Assembly: GCA_963681965.1 (NCBI GenBank) | Contig: OY820579.1 | Span: forward strand, 1,024,001 to 1,088,000 | DNA from: a bacterium | GTDB taxonomy: Bacteria; Electryoneota; JAOADG01 | DNA length: 64,000 nt | Direction of reading: 5' to 3' | Part shown: one piece after another, positions 37,801 to 45,864 of the stretch | Numbering within the stretch: position 1 is the stretch's first letter | Layout: each line of letters begins with the position of its first letter | Translations under genes and position numbers: made by a program | The notes under the pieces: generated by a model | What the model was told of the DNA's origin: nothing | The model's database searches: none | Seen by the model: the letters and a program-made list of their open reading frames with translations, nothing else

Positions 37801-37867
37801 CGAAAAGTTGGGTCGGGCGGATGATGTTGGCGAACTGAAAAAGAAGCTAGTTTCGCTATCTTCTTAA
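34838..37867 (+). CDS. Class III adenylate cyclase - STAND AAA ATPase - TPR protein
   Basis: ILFLDLQGFT, DKFEGD, GDDVNLASRM, VRGK; Walker A GEAGIGKS, Walker B LILDDLQW, GNPFYLEE; C-terminal TPRs. Confidence 0.92.
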   Translation: MSDNWLSSITEDIEKLAQLIAPIETKSLNFIEGERREVAILFLDLQGFTTMSESMDHEQLHKLIFGVMRTLATVIEQHGGYVDKFEGDLVMALFGAQHASENDSIRCVQCGLRLFQALEDINRLLKEKLGFTLGARIGINFGWVTVAPDPSGHLTAIGDDVNLASRMESSATVNTIQVTDSVVKQCGEYFVWQDLGQISVRGKHEPIHVYRPIGFGKTVIERWDRSKRVQQVPYVGRQLWLDRLLEIWSTRSVIENPRSSPKHYWVGIHGEAGIGKSRLAFESDQSIRKSDPECMIIKGQTTAIAQPPFWLWITLLKSYFKFNDATPDSVQFAQGISRLRSINRTLEPATFDRMVLLLDYILSLSSPDASIKAMDEKSRRTEITLAIRDFIRLIAQSVNQLVLILDDLQWLDSGSREVLEFIVSNCETEMPIFFVGCYRTDRDDGQPVSFTMNDQYLISETIRLNYLPEPEIKQLINNILTCSDPSTIAIPDQIVDQLTKYSQGNPFYLEELLLDWIETGKLTVSDGKWIVEQPISDFGIPTSIASLIRARMDRLSKQERGALQQCSVLGFEFTQTLFRKVKEKIAEKYAEDVVLKELEFRKFLRSLVNLENLFYRFRLTTTRVVAYETLLMHNRKILHHLTAETMEEMFKDELDIVSEMLSIHWELSEEWDKSIESGIRGLTFLYQSYQNREGYFLAERLLELLHNNSNKVSDSKASEIAILFAMERFCNFQGMRDRQQSILNRLLELVDVNSEQFVDAKVREGNRYLLTGEYRKADEIYNEVLPIADRLELKQFVASCKGNIGLLQIFDKKYSIAEKLLIEAVEIFRSIGMKAYESSFLMNLGGLLASQRRINEAIPCVEAAIINFEAMQNRHAIANAMSNLSFLRMHQHQIDDAIDLATKAQTIFYEVGDRKAEGVTLSNLGHLNLRISKFSESEHYLKQALKVLTEVNDLPTIASVYINLIDLFEQQARKIDAIAIVESAIPLFEKLGRADDVGELKKKLVSLSS

Positions 37868-38132
37868 AACTCACTGACATGAGAGTCATGTATTGTAAGG
37901 GAAATTTTGGTAAGTGTAATCGCGCACAAACCGTAATAATTTATTGTGTGTTAAGTTGTAATAGCAACATGTAATAATATTAACAGGGTAAATATTCATC
38001 TAAGAATTATATGTATCTATATTATAATGAGATATAGATATTTTAGCATTCACAGTATTGGCGATCAGAACTAAATTACATTTTCTCGACTTCTCCAATT
38101 GTAAATCACACGTAATTCACTTACCATAATAG

Positions 38133-38176
38133 TGTAAAGAATGCGGACAATGAATTGTTAAGTGTCTTAACAATTC
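38133..38176. promoter_or_regulatory. Tandem TGT-N11-ACA enhancer-type sites; the second is a perfect 11-bp inverted repeat
   Basis: TGT-AAAGAATGCGG-ACA (38133-38149) and GAATTGTTAAG-TGT-CTTAACAATTC (38152-38176), offset by 23 bp. Confidence 0.55.
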
Positions 38177-38268
38177 GAAGTGCTACTATCGGTTCAATTG
38201 ATCGTAGATATTGACTGCGTACTTCCTGCCCGTGACTAGATTTCCATAGAAGATTCGCGTGATTGAAT

Positions 38269-41200
38269 ATGACAAATTCAAACTTAACGTTTCCGGACTA
38301 TTTTGCACATCGATACCGAGTTGAAAGAATATTGGGTAGTGGTGAAAACGGAACCGTATTTCTTGTCCGCGATATTTTGCAGCATGATCGATTACTAGCC
38401 CTCAAACGATTCCATCCCGGATCAATATCCGAAAGCGCTTTTCATTCGACAGCCAAACATCTCCGAGCTATCCAGAAATTGAAATGCGATGGTTTACTCA
38501 CTGCCATCGAGTTCGGCTTCGATCAACATAGTCAATTCTTTTATACTTCGGAGTATTGCGCCCACCCATCGCTGGAAGAAGAGTGGTGGAACCTTACTAA
38601 CCCAGAAAAGATAATTGTGTTATACGATCTTGCTGACATCATGCTTTCTCTTCATGATCATCAGGCACTTCATTATCATTTACACCCACGCAATGTTTTC
38701 ATCAATTTGTCAAACTTACGTAGTGACAATCGTCAGGGAAAAACGGTTCTGATCGGAGATTACTGCTTTCTGCCGGAAGAAAAAATCAGTGGCGGTTGTG
38801 CCGGGTATCGAGCACCGGAATTTGTCAATGATCAAAAATTCGACCACAAATCGGACATCTTCTCGTTCGGCGTGATCGGGTATTCTCTGTTAATGCAGCT
38901 TCCTCCGGACTTATCAACTTTAGCTGATAATATTAACAGTTTTTCGACCTCAGATGCTGAGATGGTTTCGAATAATATGATTGATAATTTATCGAAACTG
39001 CTGGTATCGCAACTTTTCCGCTGTATGAACCCCGTACCTAACTTTCGCCCCTACGATTTTCGCGAAATAATTTCGATTTTTCAGTATTCTCGTCAACGAC
39101 CTGATTGTAACGAAAAGTTGATTGTATCATTTCCATTTACCGGTCGAAGCGGTGAATTAAGGTTTTTAGGATCGATACTACACGATACGAAACAAGGCGA
39201 GCAATGGGCAGTAAATATTTTCGGTAGTAAGGGTGTTGGAAAGAGTCGATTGATTGACGAGTTTGCTTTCAATTATCAATTTAATGGTGGAATCGCTCTG
39301 TTTGTCGGCTCATCACTGATCGATACGCTTAAACGCTTCAATCCCAATCTATCGAGTAGCGAAACGGATCGTCAACTGACTAATCAGGCGATGCATCAGC
39401 ATTTTAGTGACACACTAATTTCTATTACTGACCACAAACCGATCGTAATCTGCTGGAATCAATTCGATCGTGCGGATACCGCATCCATAACTCTATTCAA
39501 AGAATTGCTGCTGCTTTATCCATCGCTACCAATTTTCTGGTTGTTGGAGAGTGAGTTGCCGGCACTGAGTCTCGATGGATTAGGTTTTACCGATCGGGTT
39601 ATTCGTCGCGAATTATTGCCGTTTTCTATGGAAGAAGTTGAAAAACTACTTCAGAACGTATTTCCTCGAACCGAGCATACTGGTAATTTAGCAAAATTAT
39701 TGAGTACACATTTCGGGACTCGACCGGGTTGGTTTGAATATGCAATAAATCGATTGATATCAAACCGCGCGATCAGTAACAACTTTGGTCGATGGGAAAT
39801 CGATATCGGATTAACCCAAAAGCTACTGCACGAAGATGGGGAATTAGTTCGAGTCGACCTTAGCAAGCTTTCGCAAGACGCTCAAACATTACTGGAGTGG
39901 ATGGCAGGACGGTCGAAACCGTGTCGAAAAGAAGAACTGCAATCGGCTATTAGCTTGACGGAGAGTGGATACTTTTCGGCAACGAATCAGTTGTTAAAGA
40001 TCGGGTTAATTGAGATTCATGGACCCGTGTTGAATATCCGATATTCGGCAGTGCGCGATGAAATCATCCGCTGCCTTTCGGAAAATAAGCGCAAAGTACT
40101 ACACAGTTGGATCGGTCGCTGGTTGGAAGAAAATATTTCGAATACTCCGAAACAATCCGAACTGTGGGAGATCGTTAAACATTATTATGAAGGCAGCGAC
40201 CGGTCATCATTCTTGAGAGTAATCGAAGAGTTGATTGCGAGATTTTATCGAAAACCGTCTTTGATCATTGACACGGAAATAATTCTGAAAGCGCTGTTAG
40301 AGCAGGATAGTCCGCTTCAGATGGAAAACCAATATCGCGGGTATTATCTGCTAGGTTTGTTGTATATCTTTACCGAAAAATTTGAGAAAGCGGTATGGGT
40401 ATATCGAACGGTATTAAGTACGAAAGCCTTCAAACCATACTACACTCTCTACTGGGCGCACAATATGTTGGGGCAGGCACTTTATGCCATGCAGGATTTT
40501 GCGAGTGCCGATCGAAATTTCCGACTTGCCATACGGTTGAATAAATCGCAATCGATCGATGAATTACCGCAATCGTTGCGAGCGCTGGCAACAATTTGTC
40601 ACAACCGAGCCAAGTACGACGCTGGGATCGAGTACATCGAAAAATACTATCAATCGATTCAACAAATTGAAGATTTAAATCGGAAGTACGACGAATTGTT
40701 CCGGTGTGGGCGCCTCTACTACATGTACAATATTCGCGAAAAAGCGGTCGAGCTTCTTCAGGAAGTTTACAATTGTACTCAATATACATCCAGTTTCATG
40801 AGACACATATCGTATGACACTATTATCAAAATTACGATGATGAAAGGTGAATTTCGTCTTGCCCTGCAAATGCTACAAAAGTATTTAATGCAACATAACG
40901 ATCCGCTACCTAGTAATCTGCAGTATAAGTTCGACTACACGAGAATTTTGTGTTATATCTCAACTGGGAAAGCCGACCAATGTTGGTTGCTGGTAGATAC
41001 TTATCAAGTACAAATTAAAATCTATCTCAATGTTTCAAGTCGCTTGCTCATTTCCATCGATTTAGTGCAACTTTTTTATTATTTCGGAAAGTTTCAATCG
41101 GGTTTGAAAGTTTTGCGGGAAGTCTTCTTATTATTCCGGGTGAGCAAACATCATTCGAATCTGCCGATATATTTAGCTTGGGTAGCGCAGTATTTCTATT

Positions 41201-43278
41201 TGATCAAACCGTCGAAACCGAAATTCTACGAACTCATCGATCGATACTTGATCAAAAATAAATCCCAAACCACGGCTACTTTCGGAAATCAGATCATGTA
41301 CGATCTTTATTGCGATCTGAATCAACCGATCCGGGCAAAAGCCGCACTAGAGCGAATCCCTAGAAAAGTCGGAATGAAGGATGTCGATATTCCCGATGAA
41401 TTGATAGTTGCGATGCAGTTCCGGATGGAAATCGAGTTGACTAAACCGCAATCGATCGACGAACCGAAATATAGTGAAATAGAAAAAAGTGTTCGAAACT
41501 TAGCTGATGTTTTCAATCAAGTACAGCTCTATCGCGAATTGATGAATGCCGCAATTGTGCAAACCGCGATTTCGTTGGCTGATCGATATTTCCATCGAGC
41601 ACTTGAATTGTTATTGTATGTTAAAGCTGACCTGTTAATTGCTCAATTGTATGAGAAATATGGATCGGCATTATATCGCTGGAATCGATCGCCAGTTGGA
41701 GCCGATTATCTGTCCAAGGCAAAGCGAATACTGATCGGATTGGGAATGCCCTATCGCGGAATCGACCCACAAAATATCGAAAATATCTCAGTGAATGGAG
41801 ATGACGAAATGAGTCGAATGATCGAACCATTGCGAATGATAACCAGATTAGTCGAGCGATTCAATGAGTTGGACGACCCAAGAACAATTATGCGACAACT
41901 GCTGGAAACGACTGTTACCGGTTTGAATGCAAAAATTGGGTGGGTTATTCAACTGAACAAAAATAATCAATTGTCGAAAAACGGAATGATTGCTACCGAC
42001 TCGGGGGCTTTACACGACGACTTATTGGAGTTGGGATCGAAAACTCTAAATCTTAATGAAGCAAAATACATCGAGCAGTTTACCAGAATTAATGATCGTA
42101 GCGATTCGACGTCAAATTACGGTATCTGTTTACTACCGATTTCGACTCGGGGAATTCGATCGGGAGTACTCTTGGTCGAATTCGCACAGATTCATGAATT
42201 CAATTCTGAGGAAAAGTGCGTTCTGGAACTCGTAGCTCAGATTTTCGGATCGATGTTCACTTTTGAAAACCAACTCGAGATGACTAGAAAAGATACTTCG
42301 CTAACACAAAGCGTGTTACTGAACGATGGGTACAGCGAATTAAAAGGGAATTCCCCGGCAATGCAAGAGGTTTACCGAATTCTGGCATTGCTTCGTAAAC
42401 AGGATTTACCGGTACTAATTCTTGGTGAAAGTGGAACTGGAAAGGAGTTGGTCGCGAATATTATGTATCGGCAGAGCAATCGGTCCGATAAACCGTTCTA
42501 TGCATTGAATTGTGCTGCTTTCCCCGATACACTGATCGAGAGTCAGTTGTTTGGTCACGTCAAAGGCGCTTTCAGTGGCGCAATGTCGAATCACGATGGG
42601 TTTTTCAAAACAGCCGAAGTAGGAACAATCTTTCTGGATGAAGTAAACCACATGAGTCCGATGATGCAAGGGAAGTTGCTTCGTGTGTTGCAGGAAGGCG
42701 AGTATTTTCCCGTCGGTTCGACGAAAGTTCAAAAGACCAATGCACGAATCATTTGTGCAGCCAAAAACACATTACCCGAGATGTTGCGAAGCGGGCAATT
42801 TCGCGAAGATTTATTTTACCGCATCAATGTGATCGAGGTTAAAATCCCGCCGTTACGCGATCGAAAAGAGGATATTAAAATCCTCGCCGAATATTTTATC
42901 CAAAAATTCAATAAACAATTTTCGGCATCGGTAAAAGGGATTCGGAACACAGCCATGCAGTCATTACAGAGTTATTCTTGGCCGGGAAACGTTCGGCAGT
43001 TGGAGAACGCAATTCGACACTCATTTTTATTTGTTAAGAAAAACACTTGGATCGACGCATCGCACCTTCCTCAAGAAGTCGTACAAAACACACTTCCACT
43101 AATTGATCAATCGATCTCGCTGACCAAAAAGATTGAAGACCTTGAACGGCAATATCTTTTACAGGCACTTGAACTGTCTCATTGGAATAATTCCGAAGCC
43201 GCGAGAATCCTGGGAGTCAGCCGACAAACGGTGATTCAAAAAATCAAACGGTACGGATTGTCCCAATCGAACACATAG
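38269..43278 (+). CDS. Pseudokinase - STAND ATPase - TPR - GAF - sigma54 AAA+ - Fis HTH transcriptional activator
   Basis: Kinase fold (YRVERILGSGENG, ALKR, YRAPE, SDIFSFG); GRSGEL...GSKGVGKS; TPR-like helices; GAF; GESGTGKE, ESQLFGHVKGAFSGA, FLDEV, FREDLFYR, WPGNVRQL; NNSEAARILGVSR. Confidence 0.92.
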   Translation: MTNSNLTFPDYFAHRYRVERILGSGENGTVFLVRDILQHDRLLALKRFHPGSISESAFHSTAKHLRAIQKLKCDGLLTAIEFGFDQHSQFFYTSEYCAHPSLEEEWWNLTNPEKIIVLYDLADIMLSLHDHQALHYHLHPRNVFINLSNLRSDNRQGKTVLIGDYCFLPEEKISGGCAGYRAPEFVNDQKFDHKSDIFSFGVIGYSLLMQLPPDLSTLADNINSFSTSDAEMVSNNMIDNLSKLLVSQLFRCMNPVPNFRPYDFREIISIFQYSRQRPDCNEKLIVSFPFTGRSGELRFLGSILHDTKQGEQWAVNIFGSKGVGKSRLIDEFAFNYQFNGGIALFVGSSLIDTLKRFNPNLSSSETDRQLTNQAMHQHFSDTLISITDHKPIVICWNQFDRADTASITLFKELLLLYPSLPIFWLLESELPALSLDGLGFTDRVIRRELLPFSMEEVEKLLQNVFPRTEHTGNLAKLLSTHFGTRPGWFEYAINRLISNRAISNNFGRWEIDIGLTQKLLHEDGELVRVDLSKLSQDAQTLLEWMAGRSKPCRKEELQSAISLTESGYFSATNQLLKIGLIEIHGPVLNIRYSAVRDEIIRCLSENKRKVLHSWIGRWLEENISNTPKQSELWEIVKHYYEGSDRSSFLRVIEELIARFYRKPSLIIDTEIILKALLEQDSPLQMENQYRGYYLLGLLYIFTEKFEKAVWVYRTVLSTKAFKPYYTLYWAHNMLGQALYAMQDFASADRNFRLAIRLNKSQSIDELPQSLRALATICHNRAKYDAGIEYIEKYYQSIQQIEDLNRKYDELFRCGRLYYMYNIREKAVELLQEVYNCTQYTSSFMRHISYDTIIKITMMKGEFRLALQMLQKYLMQHNDPLPSNLQYKFDYTRILCYISTGKADQCWLLVDTYQVQIKIYLNVSSRLLISIDLVQLFYYFGKFQSGLKVLREVFLLFRVSKHHSNLPIYLAWVAQYFYLIKPSKPKFYELIDRYLIKNKSQTTATFGNQIMYDLYCDLNQPIRAKAALERIPRKVGMKDVDIPDELIVAMQFRMEIELTKPQSIDEPKYSEIEKSVRNLADVFNQVQLYRELMNAAIVQTAISLADRYFHRALELLLYVKADLLIAQLYEKYGSALYRWNRSPVGADYLSKAKRILIGLGMPYRGIDPQNIENISVNGDDEMSRMIEPLRMITRLVERFNELDDPRTIMRQLLETTVTGLNAKIGWVIQLNKNNQLSKNGMIATDSGALHDDLLELGSKTLNLNEAKYIEQFTRINDRSDSTSNYGICLLPISTRGIRSGVLLVEFAQIHEFNSEEKCVLELVAQIFGSMFTFENQLEMTRKDTSLTQSVLLNDGYSELKGNSPAMQEVYRILALLRKQDLPVLILGESGTGKELVANIMYRQSNRSDKPFYALNCAAFPDTLIESQLFGHVKGAFSGAMSNHDGFFKTAEVGTIFLDEVNHMSPMMQGKLLRVLQEGEYFPVGSTKVQKTNARIICAAKNTLPEMLRSGQFREDLFYRINVIEVKIPPLRDRKEDIKILAEYFIQKFNKQFSASVKGIRNTAMQSLQSYSWPGNVRQLENAIRHSFLFVKKNTWIDASHLPQEVVQNTLPLIDQSISLTKKIEDLERQYLLQALELSHWNNSEAARILGVSRQTVIQKIKRYGLSQSNT

Positions 43279-43453
43279 TTTTTCGATCTCCAACACGATC
43301 CTGCATACAACTTAACTTATTAATAATCAATAAGCGTTTGAGATCTGTATAGATATCGATCAAAACGTTGATGCTGGATTCCGTCTAATAATATAGTTGT
43401 TGCCGAAAAGATTATATAAGCATTATTTATATATAATTACGGTATGTATTTTC

Positions 43454-43470
43454 TTGGCACATATAATGCT
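43454..43470 (+). promoter_or_regulatory. Sigma54 (-24/-12) promoter
   Basis: TTGGCAC-ATATA-ATGCT has exact GG-N10-GC spacing. It lies just downstream of a sigma54 activator gene and about 60 nt before an ORF with a GGGAG RBS. Confidence 0.8.
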
Positions 43471-43529
43471 TCTCTACATGTGAAAGTAGGATCCAAAATT
43501 TCTAACGTTCACAATCGGGAGAATCCATT

Positions 43530-43820
43530 ATGAAATCGCAGTTTAAAGCTTTGATTTGTATCGCCGTAATTCTCTGCCTTTCAATACTACCGAAAATAGG
43601 TTTTTGTGCTTGGGAATTTCAAGATGAGACTGGTGATGCGATTGTTCTCACTCGTACCGATCAAGTGAAGCATGAGATCAATAAAGGGATTTATTGCTTT
43701 TATGATGCCGGTGTAAACAAATGGATTACCATTTTGGATTTTTCACAATCACCCTACCCACTAGTGTCGATTCCGGGTTACACCCTGGTTTGGAAACCAG
43801 ATTCAAATTACGATTTCTAA
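43530..43820 (+). CDS. Small secreted hypothetical protein (96 aa)
   Basis: GGGAG RBS; N-terminal signal peptide (MKSQFKALICIAVILCLSILPKIGFC/A); follows the sigma54 promoter. Confidence 0.7.
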   Translation: MKSQFKALICIAVILCLSILPKIGFCAWEFQDETGDAIVLTRTDQVKHEINKGIYCFYDAGVNKWITILDFSQSPYPLVSIPGYTLVWKPDSNYDF

Positions 43821-43888
43821 CATTCGGTGACGTTCATTTTATGCTTTCATTTTGTGTCGTCGAGTCAATATGTCAGTGAGAAACGAAT

Positions 43889-44200
43889 ATGATCAATACT
43901 CGTCAAGCCGTACCTGATCAAGTCCAAGCGATTTGGGATCGTCTCTTGAATGAAGAAAATGTTATGGGAATGCGCAACCGAAGACCGGCAAATGCACGTT
44001 ATGCGATCTTTCGTGCAAAAGAGTTGCTCCCGATCGAATTCAATAATTTAAGATCGGCATTTGATCGATCACCAATCAATTTTGAGGAAAACGAAGAAGA
44101 TCAGTATCAACACCTGTCGTATTTGGCAAATATATCCTATTATGTCGTATTTCGCATTATTGAACATTCGGAATATAGTGCAGATGCCGTATTGAATTAA
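43889..44200 (+). CDS. Hypothetical protein (103 aa)
   Basis: ATG-started ORF, co-oriented with its neighbours and 13 nt before the next ORF. No family recognised. Confidence 0.5.
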   Translation: MINTRQAVPDQVQAIWDRLLNEENVMGMRNRRPANARYAIFRAKELLPIEFNNLRSAFDRSPINFEENEEDQYQHLSYLANISYYVVFRIIEHSEYSADAVLN

Positions 44201-44213
44201 TTCTGGGACAAAT

Positions 44214-45104
44214 ATGGAAACCCAATTGTTGGAATTAACCAAGAAAATAAAAAAAATGCCGGATGGTGATTTTCGCTCTCAATTGCATCTTACGATACCG
44301 AAAGAGAACAAGCGAAATCAGTCATCGCAAAAGCGAATTCTTTACAGTTTTCCGGAAGAACCTCGGCTGCAGGTTCAACAATTGGGATATCTCATTAATA
44401 TTCTTCACCAGCATCTTCTGGGGAGTACTATTGAAAGTCACCGCGATTCAATCATTTCGATTCGATCTTATGGTGTTTATTATCTGATCAGTGAACTGTT
44501 GGAAAAAGTCGCAGCGGATGTAATCTCGGATCAAGAGCTTAATGTGAATTCGATTGCCTGGTGGGTGGGTGCGCTGCTTGACGACCAAATTGACTGGAAT
44601 ACTTCCTTTGATCGGATGTTGCAGCTCATTTATTATCCAGTTGATAATGGGTTAAATGACGTTGAATATTTGAAACAGAACTCCCCAATCTCGATTTTTC
44701 TTTCAGATGTTTTTAATAACAACATTTTAGGATCGACTTCCGTTGCATACTCTACTACTCCAATCCAATTTATTACCTCTGGAATATTGTGTGACAATGA
44801 ATTAATGTATTTTTACCGAAAATTGTCGAGCTGGCACAAAAATGGTATTCATCCGTGGATTAACTTATTGGATTACCGCTCTTTGGTGAAATGTGCAATT
44901 AGCTGCTATCAAATTCAACGATATCTTGAAATCCATTCGGGTTGGAAATGGCAGAAGATCGCGGAGGTGTTGAATGATATCCGAGCGATAAGGATCAGTT
45001 TAACAACGGAAGCCGTCACGTTAATTACTCGCCCGAATGTTGAACAAATGGAATTGTTCTACCGGCTAGATATACCCCCGCCAAAATCTGTGATAACCGA
45101 TTAA
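44214..45104 (+). CDS. IS1634-transposase-derived protein, internally deleted and lacking a recognisable DDE motif
   Basis: By eye, the N-terminus (RSQLHL..ENKRNQSSQKRILYSF...SIRSYGVYYLISELLE) and C-terminus (ISCYQIQRYLEIHSGWKWQKIAEVLNDIRAIRI...LITRPNVEQMELFYRLDIPPP) resemble the ends of IS1634 transposases. Only 296 aa. Confidence 0.5.
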   Translation: METQLLELTKKIKKMPDGDFRSQLHLTIPKENKRNQSSQKRILYSFPEEPRLQVQQLGYLINILHQHLLGSTIESHRDSIISIRSYGVYYLISELLEKVAADVISDQELNVNSIAWWVGALLDDQIDWNTSFDRMLQLIYYPVDNGLNDVEYLKQNSPISIFLSDVFNNNILGSTSVAYSTTPIQFITSGILCDNELMYFYRKLSSWHKNGIHPWINLLDYRSLVKCAISCYQIQRYLEIHSGWKWQKIAEVLNDIRAIRISLTTEAVTLITRPNVEQMELFYRLDIPPPKSVITD

Positions 45105-45489
45105 CACTTTTTACTCGCTTTAAATCACATCAAATTTCTTAATGCTTGAATTTGTTAGCATTAATCTCCCCTTAGCGAACTTGTCGTCTGTCAGTTGTAT
45201 CGAAATTCGAGATAAATTTTTAAATAAGTGACTGTTGCGTGGTGCTTTCAGATGTAAGCTGAATTGTTTTTCGTGTGAAAATATAACGACATAATGCAAT
45301 ATATTTGTAAATCTAAATAATTTACTCCAACAACTTCGATGAAAGAGATGGTTGGACGATTGGCGTTGAGAATACAAAAAAAATAATTTTTTCCCCCGCG
45401 AACTGTAGAAGCTCCTGTTTTCTTCCTATATTGGTTAAGTTCTTGAGTGCAACGATTCAACAACATCATTTAATGAGAATCATCGATAT

Positions 45490-45864
45490 ATGCATACTTC
45501 CAAAAGCGTCATTCCGGTGCTGAAACTATTCGATTATTTGATCGTTACGATCCAAATCGATATGGACGATCTAACCGCCAATCTCTTTCGAAACGACATT
45601 CTTAAGCAAATCGAAAAAACCAATGCAAAAGGTGTATTGATCGATATTTCGGTGATCGATTTAGTAGACAGTTATCTCGGTCGGGTTTTAGGCGACACGG
45701 CACGAATGGCAAAATTAATGGATTGCGAAGTCGTTCTGGTCGGTATGCAACCTGCAGTAGCATTGACTTTGGTCGAATTAGGCTTAAGTCTTGAATCGGT
45801 TCACACTTGTTTAAATCTGGAAGCCGGTCTAAAACTGTTGAACCGGTTAACCAAGGATCGATAA
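45490..45864 (+). CDS. rsbS: Stressosome STAS protein RsbS
   Basis: IPVLKL, GVLIDISVIDLVDSY (conserved Ser) and VGMQPAVALTLVELGL motifs. Confidence 0.9.
   Translation: MHTSKSVIPVLKLFDYLIVTIQIDMDDLTANLFRNDILKQIEKTNAKGVLIDISVIDLVDSYLGRVLGDTARMAKLMDCEVVLVGMQPAVALTLVELGLSLESVHTCLNLEAGLKLLNRLTKDR

Noticed and set aside
37868-38268. Sigma54 promoter or small gene in the AT-rich gap before the activator
   Set aside because: The TGG-containing candidates lack correct GG-N10-GC spacing, and there is no convincing ORF.
44214-45104. Active insertion sequence
   Set aside because: No DDE motif, terminal inverted repeats or target duplication were seen, and the ORF is too short.
45120-45469. Minus-strand ORFs of 85 and 73 aa
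   Set aside because: AT-rich intergenic DNA that probably holds the rsbS promoter; no RBS or protein motifs.
45807-45863. Extended N-terminus of rsbT from the ORF track
   Set aside because: It overlaps rsbS; the TAATG stop-start coupling at 45862-45866 gives the canonical RsbT length.
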